Assembly: GCA_050613775.1 (NCBI GenBank)
Contig: JBODTK010000150.1
Location: forward strand, 124,001 to 188,000
Source: Neocallimastix sp. 'constans'
Lineage: Eukaryota
Length of the DNA: 64,000 bases
Reading direction: 5' to 3'
In this document: positions 26,060 through 36,050 of the stretch, piece after piece
Layout of the letters: every line of letters starts with the position of its first letter
How positions within the stretch are numbered: position 1 is the stretch's first letter
Made by a program: the position numbers and the translations under genes
The notes under the pieces: model-generated
Database searches by the model: none
The model's input: only the letters and a program-made list of their open reading frames with translations
What the model was told of the DNA's origin: nothing

Positions 26060-26656
26060 TGGTACGGGACGCCCTGATAACTATGAAATAAGCAATAAAT
26101 TTGAGAATAAAGTTATAAGATTAAATATTTAAATTTTTAAAAAAATAAACAATTATAACCTTAAATTAGATAAAAAGGAATATAAAAAGATGTAAATAAG
26201 AAAGAAAATAATTATGGGAGGAGAGAGAGATCAGAAAGAAAAGAAAGAAAAAAAATATAAATAGGACAAAAATATAAAAAATTTAGTGTAGAATGGAGAT
26301 ATAATAAGAAATAAAAATATATAGTTAGTTAGATTATAATAAAAATGTAGTAATTAAAATAATGTATAATTAAGTAATATAATAAATAAAAAAAAATATT
26401 AATAAAATAATAATAAAAAAATATTTTAATAATAAATAAATAAAAGTTATTAATTTATGTGTTTATTCAATTTAGAATAATTTATCTTAACTAGAGTAGT
26501 GTCAAAAAAGCCCAAGATACAATAACACGTACCAAAAATGGTGGAGAATCCGGGCGTTGACACGTTAGGATAAATTGAAAATAAATTGAATAAAAAAAAA
26601 ATAAAAAAAAAAAAATTATAATAAAAAAAAAATATATAGATAGATATAATTATCAT

Positions 26657-26710
<54 letters not shown>

Positions 26711-27017
26711 ATAATAAAAAAATATATAGATAGATATAAATATCATAATTAAAAAAAAAAAAAAAAATTAATTGTTGGTATTCATTAATACTTAAAAAAA
26801 TATATAAATAATAATAATAATTAGTTATATAGATTTAATAGTAAAGATATATTATAGAGTAAATAAAATTTTAAGAGAATATAAATTTTAGGTATAATTA
26901 TTATATTATAGGCTTATAGGGAGTATAAGCTATAATAAATATTAGATTATAATAAAATTGTATATTGATTAAAAAGAAATTATTCAAATAATATTTTAGT
27001 ATTAAATTTATATAGGA

Positions 27018-27074
<57 letters not shown>

Positions 27075-28904
27075 TAATTATATATATTTAATAGGAAAGG
27101 TATAAAATAAAATAAATAAAATTTTAAGAGAATATAAATTATAGGTATAATTACTATATTATAGGCTTATAGAGATGAGATAAGCTAATAATAATTAATA
27201 GATTATAATAAAATTATATATTGATTAGAAAGGAATTTTTCAAATTATATTCAAATATAAAATTATATACAAATATTATATAAAATAAAATACTATAATT
27301 CGATGGATATGTATATATATATAAAAATAACAAAAAAAAAAAAAATTAGTAATTAAAAAAAAAAATAAAACTAAATAATAATATTTAATCAATTATAATA
27401 GGAATTAAATTATATTAATAATAGAATTACTTGATTAGTATTTATATATATTTATTATATTAAATTTATAATAATTAAATAATTACAAGACATTATAAAA
27501 TTATATAACATTATTAAAAATTACTAACTAAAAATATAACTAATTACAAGTGAATAAAAATTTGAATGAATAATCAAAATGGAATTATCTGAGAATTTAA
27601 ATAAGAAATTAAATCAACTGTGCAAAAAGTGTAACGACTTCAATAAAACCATTATAAAAGAATTTGAAAATTTATCTAATGATATTATAACTATTAATTT
27701 GTATAAAAATTATATATCAGAAATAAAACCTCCTAAATATTCGAAATCTGTAATACGAAATAATAATAAAATTTTTAAAATTTATTATGTTGAGAATTGT
27801 AGAGATTTTGGAAGATTAGAAAAATACTTAAAATTCAATAAGATACAAACCAAAAATAAAATCTCTATACAAGAGGAACAAATTATAATTAATAGAAATA
27901 ATAGTAATTTTAACCTACTTAAAAGATTCAGAAGTTATTATAATTCGGATATAATATTAATAATAATAAAAGAAAGGAAAATATTATTTGTGTGAAAGAA
28001 GTCGAGAATAAACCAAGTGTAGTTGATAAAAGAACATCTTATATACAGGGCGATAACGAAATTAAGGAGCAAGAACCAAGTCATAGAAATGAGAGTCTAC
28101 AAAGAGTTTGTGGAGAAGAAGAAAAGAAAGGCGATAATGTTAAGAAAGAAAAATTAATAGTGATGAAGATTAAACCTGTTAATAAAGAAATAAAAGAAGA
28201 AAATACTAATTCAACTTTGATTAAGTCAAGAATAAAAAAAATAAAAATTAATTCTAAGAAACATAATAATATAATTATTAATAAAAATAAAGCAAAGAGT
28301 ATTAAAATTATTGTTCTAAAGGAAAATTTGAGTAAAACTTGTAATAATAGAAAGGATACTAAAACTTTAGAACGTAACTATAAAATTAGAAAGAAGAAAA
28401 AGACCCATATTTAAGTAAATTGAGACTTCAAAGGATGAAGTCTAAATTTAGGGGGGAAGTCATGGTACGGGACGCCCTGATAACTATGAAATAAGCAATA
28501 AATTTGAGAATAAAGTTATAAGATTAAATATTTAAATTTTTAAGAAATAAACAATTATAACCTTAAATTAGATAAAAAAGAATATAAAAAGATGTAAATA
28601 AGAAAATAATTATAAAGGGAGAGAGAGATCAGAATGAAAAGAATATAAATAGAACAAAAATATAAAAAAATGTAGTGTAGAATGGAGATATAATAAGAAA
28701 TAAAAATATATAGTTAGTTAGATTATAATAAAAATGTAGTAATTAAAATAATGTATAATTAAGTAATATAATAAATAAAAAAAAATTAATAAAATAATAA
28801 TAAATAAATAAAAGTTATTAATTTATGTGTTTATTCAATTTAGAATAATTTATCTTAACTAGAGTAGTGTCAAAAAAAAGCCCAAGGTACAATAACACGT
28901 ACCA
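26060..28904 (+). mobile_element. Non-autonomous LTR retrotransposon (TRIM/LARD-like) (unit 5)
   Basis: LTRs 26060-26534 and 28463-28904 (TGGTACG...CGTACCA), PBS tggtggagaatccgggcg at 26539, PPT aggggggaag 28450-28459, TSD tttg; no pol. Confidence 0.9.
27579..28414 (+). pseudogene. Two overlapping ORFs inside the non-autonomous element; possible degenerate gag-like remnant
   Basis: 138-aa and 140-aa K/N/E-rich ORFs in different frames; no motif I can recognise. Confidence 0.3.
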
Positions 28905-28908
28905 TTTG

Positions 28909-29400
28909 TGATACGGTACCACCATAAATACCATAATTTAGTAAAATTTAGGTTACTGAAATCTTATTGGTTAATAATAATTTAGTAATAATATATATAG
29001 TTAGTAAATAATAATAGTTTAAGGAAGGGTTCTTTTATTAATATTAATTTAGTTTATTAATTTAACCTATAAACATGTTTATTAGTATAGTTTAGTGTAG
29101 TTTTATATTTAGTTTACATTAATAATATGAGAGATTTTAGTAATTAATTATATTTTATTGAATGATTTAATTATATTTTAACTAATTAACAACTATTTAT
29201 ATTGATGATGTATTTTTACTGATGAATGATAATAAATAAATAAACTAAATAAACTAAATATTAAAGTGTGAATATTATTATTGTGTGTATTATTCTATAT
29301 AATATTAGAATATATTATTTTGTCAATTATTCCCTACTGTTATCGTCCAAATAAAATAAAATAAATATTGATATTGATGTTTAATAAAAATATCGTATCA
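28909..29400. mobile_element. Solo LTR (unit 6), related to 45150-45617
   Basis: TGATACG...CGTATCA inverted termini; TSD tttg. Confidence 0.85.
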
Positions 29401-29408
29401 TTTGTGTG

Positions 29409-30241
29409 TGTAAAGAATTATAATTATTTTTCAAAATAATTATTATTCTTTATTAAAAAATTAATATTTAAAGTTTATTATTTTATAAAATTTTATGAAT
29501 AATTTTATTAATTATGTCACATAGTAATTATTAATTAATGTTATTGTTTTAAAATTAAATTAAATTATCAATAATTAATATATTAAATTATAATAATGTA
29601 TTATTGTATTAAAATAATGTTAAATTCTATTTAATTAAGAAAATTAAATTTTATTAAAATGATAATTTCATTTAATCAAGAAATAATTAAATTATATTAT
29701 TTCTTGGACTTTTAATTAAGAAAATTAAAAGAATTAATTATTTAATTATACTTGTGATTAAATATTAATAAAATTAATATATAATTAGTTAATAAGTTTT
29801 CTCCCTTATTCGGGTTTTCTTATTAACTAAAGATTGATGTAATTAAACACCAATCGAGATCTATCTAGTTTTTTCTTCTAATCTTTTTCTAGATAGAGAT
29901 AATTTTTCAAGATTAGAAATCAAATTAATATAAATAGGGCTCTTGATTCTTCTAAAAATAATCAAGAGTTATTATTATAAGAAATTATAATAATTAACAC
30001 AAATATTTTAAAATTACTTCTAATAAAAAATTTTTATAATAAAATAATTTCTAAAATTCTCTTAACCTACTTTTAGTGTTGTTTATTATAATCTTATAAT
30101 AAACTCTAAGTTTTTAAATTTTCGTTTTCAATTTTTATATTATACTTTTTAATTTTATCTCAATTAATAATATTTTTTATTATTAATTGTAGAAAGAATT
30201 AATTATTAATATAATTAAATATTTTTAATTAATTCTTTACA
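29409..30241. mobile_element. Solo LTR (unit 7), TGTAA..TTACA family with 5-bp TSD
   Basis: TGTAAAGAATT...AATTCTTTACA; TSD gtgtg (29404-08, 30242-46); internal similarity to 40489 and 49346. Confidence 0.85.
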
Positions 30242-30244
30242 GTG

Positions 30245-31091
30245 TGTTACGATACAATTAAATAAAGAAAAATTAAACTATTTAAAGAAAATATTAAAGT
30301 AAAAAATATCATTAACAATTATAAATAAATAATAAAAAATTGAATATTAAAATATTAGTTATAGAATATTATAAAGTTAAATAAAAATAATTAGATGTAT
30401 TAAAAAATCATGTATTAATTATATTATTTAATATTGTAAAATTTTTATATAATATTTTAATAATTTAGAAAATTTAAGCTTATTATATTTTTATTACTAT
30501 ATTTTTATTATTAAATTTTTATTATTAAATTTTTATTATTAATTTTTTTTATTTTTATTTTTAATCCAATCAAATAAATATTTTATTAGTATAAAAAAGA
30601 ACAAAGTAACACAATACTTTTGTTCTCTCCCTTTTTTTCTTATGACTTTATTATTATATTATTTTTTTAATATTTTCTAAAAGTTAAATAATAAATTAAA
30701 TAGTTTAAAATAAATTAAAATTTATTAAATAGTTTTTTCTAAATTTAATGTTTTAAAAGTGTTTAATTAATAGTTTTTTGTGTTTAGTGTATAATATTAA
30801 GATAAGTATAGTATAAAATTAGTTTAGTAATAGATTAGTTGTATTAAACATTTTATAGAAATAGTAATAGATTTAGAGAAATTGTTTAGTTTAGATTAGA
30901 ATAGTTTAGATTAAGATATTAGTTTAAGTTATTTTAACTTAGTTTAGATTCTTTTAGATTAGGATAGTTTAGACTAAAATTAGAGTAGTTTATTAATTAA
31001 TTTAGGTTTAGAATTAGAGAATAATATTTTAAATTTTTCCTTATTATTAGAATATATTATTTTATTAATAAAATCTTCAGATCTTGTACCA
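30245..31091. mobile_element. Solo LTR (unit 8)
   Basis: TGTTAC...GTACCA termini between TSD-sized spacers. Confidence 0.7.
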
Positions 31092-31832
31092 TGTGTGGTA
31101 AAGAACGAACATATAATGGATTATTAATTAGAATTTCAACTTACTTTAGAATCCATTATATTATTCTTTACTTAATATTACTTTACTATATTTTCTATAC
31201 TAAAATATTTTCTAAATATATTTTTTTTTATATTTTTATTAAAAGTTTCTAAAATATTATCAATAATTTTATATTTTTATTATTAATATCAATATCTATA
31301 ATTTAACCTTAAATTTTATTATTTTATTAAAGTGTTTATTATCAATATTAATATTTTATTTTTATTTTCAAATATATTATTATATTATTATTATATTGTA
31401 TCAATATTAAACTTGTATTCTTTTTAGTATTTTATTTTATTTTTGAATTGATTATTTTATATTTTTATTCCCCACAAATAAAATCAAATCTTAATTGATT
31501 AATAATAAATATTAAATATATTATAGTTTTAAAATTTATTTTATATAAAATATAAGAATATTATATTAACATTCTTGATTAAAATAACTTTATTTTTCTG
31601 TAAAATCTTTTTAAATTTTGTTTGTTACTTTTCGTATATATTAAATAATTTAGTTTTAGTATATGAAAAATAATATAAAATTATGTAAACAAAATTTATT
31701 AAAATAAAAATACTTATGAATTAGTTAATTTAAATTAATATAAAATTTTAAGTAATTAGTAATAGTAAATATTTTTTTTTAAATATGATAATAAAATGTA
31801 GAAAGGCTTTACATATTTATTTTTTTTCAAAA

Positions 31833-32280
31833 CATAAACATAGACTTGCACATATGGGTACCCATCTCCCATATGGCCATACAGTTATTAATTAACTGTA
31901 AGGTGATGAGTTATTGGCATACTGTATCAGCTTCGCCGCTCTCAATCGTCGTTACACACTGCCCGGAGATGCATTCCTAACGTTCCTACATATATCTCTA
32001 ATGACCACGAGCATCAGAACGGAACCATTAACTCCTCCCTAGTGGGTGTAATCATTGGCGATTGGAAATTTTACAATCATCAAGGTCTATGCTTCAATTC
32101 AAAGCGTAGTATCAGGGTTGGGTGAAATAATCATCTGAGGGAAAGCCTTATGGACATCACGTGTGGTCTCATGATATCCCAGGATAGAAACCTCATCCGA
32201 TTATTTGGTGCCATGCCGAGGATTCGAACCCCGCCCTCTACAGTGACCTGTATCGTCCTAACCGACTGGACCAACATGGC
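31833..32280 (-). mobile_element. tRNA-derived SINE (448 bp) inserted in the 5' LTR of element A
   Basis: Absent from the 3' LTR; 16-bp TSD ttattttttttcaaaa (31817-32, 32281-96); tRNA-like head 32206-32280 with A box TGGTCCAGTCGG and B box GGTTCGAATCC; short TATGTT-type tail. Confidence 0.9.
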
Positions 32281-33308
32281 TTATTTTTTTTCAAAAAGTA
32301 TAAATAAGTGAAGTTTTTCAATAATTAAAATGTAGACAGAAAAATATTGAAAATAAATAATTAAATAAAAAATCTAATAAAACCCAAACCATAACATAAT
32401 TTATGGTGGAGATATCGGGGAATATTAGAAAAATAAAATTTAATATTATTTATTAATTAAATTATTTAACAAAGCCTTGGATATAGATTTCCGGGCTAAG
32501 TTTAACCTACATAGTAATTGGGCTAGTAGGCTCTGGACTGCTGTATTTTATATTGAATACAGTAGCCGTGGTACCCGCGTGGCATGACGCCGTGAAGAGG
32601 CAAGCTGCACGTCAGACAGGGTATACTATCAGATTATCCATAAGTTTTGTTAAATAATAATAATTAATAATTTAATATTAATATTAATAATAATAAAAGT
32701 TATCATAAAAAAAAAAAAAAAAAAAAAAAAAAACTTTGGAAAACTTTAGTTTTTGTAGTAACTTTATTTAATTATAGATTATAGATAAAAAATAATAATA
32801 AAAAAAAATAATAAAAAGTTAACAAATTTACGAAGTTAATATTCGAGTAAGACAGTGTTAGCTTGCAGGATATTAATTTCATAAACTCTTATTTACAATT
32901 TTGCAAGGTTTTGTAGATTGTAAACGCGAGTATCTCAAGGAACAAATCCTTGACAATTAGGCAAATACGCCCTAGAACTATAAAACCTTCACGCTGAAGG
33001 CAACTACACACTTCAACAGGTGATAGTTTGTTCACTCGCGCAGAAAATAAGAGGTGAGTCAGGTTCGATCCCTGATAAAACCCTGGTCATTCTTGCGAAG
33101 TGACGTTAAAATATATAGTTTTTTTTTTATTTTTATTTTAGGCTTTTATAAATTTGTTCGCCTATTATTATTATTATTATTTTTTTTTTTTGCAATAAAA
33201 TAAAAATATATATATTTTTTTTTCCTTTTATTAAAATAATAAATATTTCATTAATAAATTTTTTTTTTAATAAATAATAAATTAAATTTTTCTTTAGTGT
33301 AGAACAAA

Positions 33309-33362
<54 letters not shown>

Positions 33363-34627
33363 TTTTAATTAATGATAAATATTAAAATAATAAGCAAATT
33401 TTTTTTTTTGTAGTACAAATTTTTAATTTTTTTTAAATAAGAATAAATTTTATAAATAAAATTTTTTTTATTAATAATTCTAAATAATAAATTGTAATTT
33501 TTTTTATGTTTATCCGTTTATTTTTTTTTTTAATATATACATGTACAATATATATATATATAGAATATATAAAATTAGATTATTATTATTATTTTTCAAA
33601 TAAGTGTATTATTTTTATGATTTTATATAATTAAATTTTTTTTTTTTATTGAAATTTTCATAATTGAAATTTTTTTTTTTTTTTGTGTGTGTTAAATTTT
33701 CTATTATTCGTTATATAATTAATTAAATTTTAATTAAAAAGAAAAATATAAATAAGCTGTCTTACAACTCTCTACGCGGGATAGTTGAACACCCACACAT
33801 AATACTTTATTGTTTTGATCTTGTTGATACTGGGAAGGATACGTTATTATCTTCTTTATTACTAACAATAAGTTAGCCAAATTAAAAAGAATTTAATATT
33901 GCTACCTTCTTTTTATTAAGTTTCTTAATAATTAACAATCGACATTATCAACTTATCAATAAAGAGCTAAGGGGACTTATTGTAAGAAGGGTTAACAAGC
34001 TATATATTTGATGGTTCAACACTATATAGTTTGGCTTGTATTTTAACTTTTTATTTAATATTTCATTAAATGTTATAACAAAGAATTAATAGAATAATAA
34101 ATATATACAAAAAAGAAATAAAAATAAAAATAAATATATATTATTATTATTATTTAAGTATTTATACAATTTGTTTTATGTTATATTAATTATTTTAATA
34201 AAGGAAATAAATATATTAAATAAAATTAAATAAAGAAGTTATTACTACAAATAAATAAAAAAAAAATTAAGATATACATATTCTGTGTATTAATGCTTAA
34301 GAGAATATAATAAATATTAAAATTCATAATAAAAAGCTTCAGATTTTCAAATTGCGTTTTTGAGTCTGAATTAATTTTTTTTTTTGTTTCAGATTTTCGG
34401 AGGGTGTTTTCGAGTCTGAATTAATTCATTAGATTTTCAGAGAGAGATTCTGAGTCTGAATTATTATTGGAATAAAGAATTGGATTGTCAGAGGGTTTTC
34501 TGAGTCCATAATTATATTATTATAAAACAAAGATAAATTTATTTTTTTTGTTATTAAATATATTTTTAAAGTAAACATAATTTTTAAATTGGATATCATA
34601 GCATTAATACCATTTTTAAATTTTCAA

Positions 34628-35521
34628 ATGGCTGAAAATAAAATCAATTTTAAAGAATTAAAAAAGGAATTAAAAGATATCGAGAAAATTTCAAAGGAAA
34701 ATCTCGATATCAAATCTTGGGAATCAGAAATCCGATTATGGATAAAACTTGAGGAAGTTACTGATCCCAAAAAGATTTTTACCGCCTGCTTACTCACGTC
34801 TACTGGAGAGCCTCGCGAAGTTATCCAGGATTTAATTGAAAGTTACAGTACCGATTCTGAATCAGAAAGTGAGGACGAAGAAGAAGAAGAATCTGATTCA
34901 GAAGAAAAGAAAAAAGATGAATATCCTTCCTTAAAGGAAATTGTAGAAGCACTAGAAACTTTTTATGGTCTTAAAGAAGACCAGAATATGTTACTTCGTG
35001 AGCTCCGTGCCTTAAGAATTAAAAGAAATGAGCGAGTAAAAGACTTTAATACTCGTTTCCGATCCATATATTTGAAATTAGATAAGAAAAGAAAGAAGCG
35101 AGTCAGTGTTCTCGATTATATTGATGCTCTTAGGAACAATGAAGAAGCTTGGAAAAGGGTCTCCCTTAAGGATGACATTTCTTTAAATCGGGCGTTTGAC
35201 ATTGCCGAAAAAGTTGATAGAGTAATGAATTTGAGACCCTCAAAAGAGTACTCAACTGAAATTGTCAACCCAAGAATAAATATCAGGAATAATTATCAAA
35301 ACAACAGAAAAGTAGTAAGGGAGAATTATGAAGTTAGAACCCCAAAAAGAAATAAAGATTACGATTTGGAGGACTTAACAAAAAAAATGAAAAATCTTAC
35401 CATTAAAGCCTGTTTTTATTGTAGCGATCCAGGACATTTGCAGTATAATTGTCCTAAGTTAAATGCAATTATTCAAGAAAATAAGAAACGGTTATATAGT
35501 GGAAAATCTTTAAACCACTAA
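34628..35521 (+). CDS. gag: Gag of element A
   Basis: CCHC zinc knuckle CFYCSDPGHLQYNC; homologous to 57001-57939; ATG at 34628 preferred over the upstream TTG. Confidence 0.9.
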   Translation: MAENKINFKELKKELKDIEKISKENLDIKSWESEIRLWIKLEEVTDPKKIFTACLLTSTGEPREVIQDLIESYSTDSESESEDEEEEESDSEEKKKDEYPSLKEIVEALETFYGLKEDQNMLLRELRALRIKRNERVKDFNTRFRSIYLKLDKKRKKRVSVLDYIDALRNNEEAWKRVSLKDDISLNRAFDIAEKVDRVMNLRPSKEYSTEIVNPRINIRNNYQNNRKVVRENYEVRTPKRNKDYDLEDLTKKMKNLTIKACFYCSDPGHLQYNCPKLNAIIQENKKRLYSGKSLNH

Positions 35522-35561
35522 AAGGGAGAGGAAGCACTCCCTATAAAAATAAAATAGCTTC
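35509..35561 (+). promoter_or_regulatory. -1 programmed ribosomal frameshift signal (U UUA AAC plus H-type pseudoknot)
   Basis: Slippery heptamer in the gag frame, stem AGGGAG/CTCCCT, loop GAAGC pairing with downstream GCTTC; the -1 frame is open. Confidence 0.85.
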
Positions 35562-36050
35562 ATTACAATACAAATCCATTCCTATTAGTACAAATGATTA
35601 TAATAAGGAAGAAAAAGAAGATGCTTCCTATACTAATGAAACTCACAAAGAATCCGATAATGAGAATGATGTAGAATTTATAGTTAGTGCGACAAAAAGG
35701 AAGTTGACGACTAACGATGAAACTAGTGAAAATAATGAAAAGAGACAACGTAAAAGTCTCAAAGATAATCCTACCCCTATAACAACTCCTGCAATAAGAA
35801 AGATAAAAGAGAAAGAAATAGAAAATAGAATAATTGTTAAAAATAAAAATCAACTACATCCTTCGATAATGGCGCAGCCTAATATAAATATTGAGAAAGC
35901 CAAAGAAAAACAAATTCGAAATAAAGAAAGAGCTAACTTTGGAAATAACAAGGGAAAAGGGAAGGAAAGGGAGGATAATATTACTATAAGAGAAAAGCAA
36001 AGTCCGGATTCTTCAAAACAAAGAAATAGCATCAGTACACTAGTGATAAA

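Noticed and set aside
32206..32280. Functional tRNA gene
   Set aside because: Anticodon loop is only 4 nt and the sequence is the head of a TSD-flanked 448-bp insertion absent from the sister LTR.
32404..32421. Partial tRNA-Ala copies (also 20934 and 59265)
   Set aside because: 18-nt matches including the CCA complement next to LTR ends are primer-binding sites.
32461..32659. Known ribozyme or SRP RNA assignment for the leader island
   Set aside because: No hammerhead CUGAUGA/GAAA core, HDV nested pseudoknot, twister motifs or SRP helix 8 consensus could be matched by eye.
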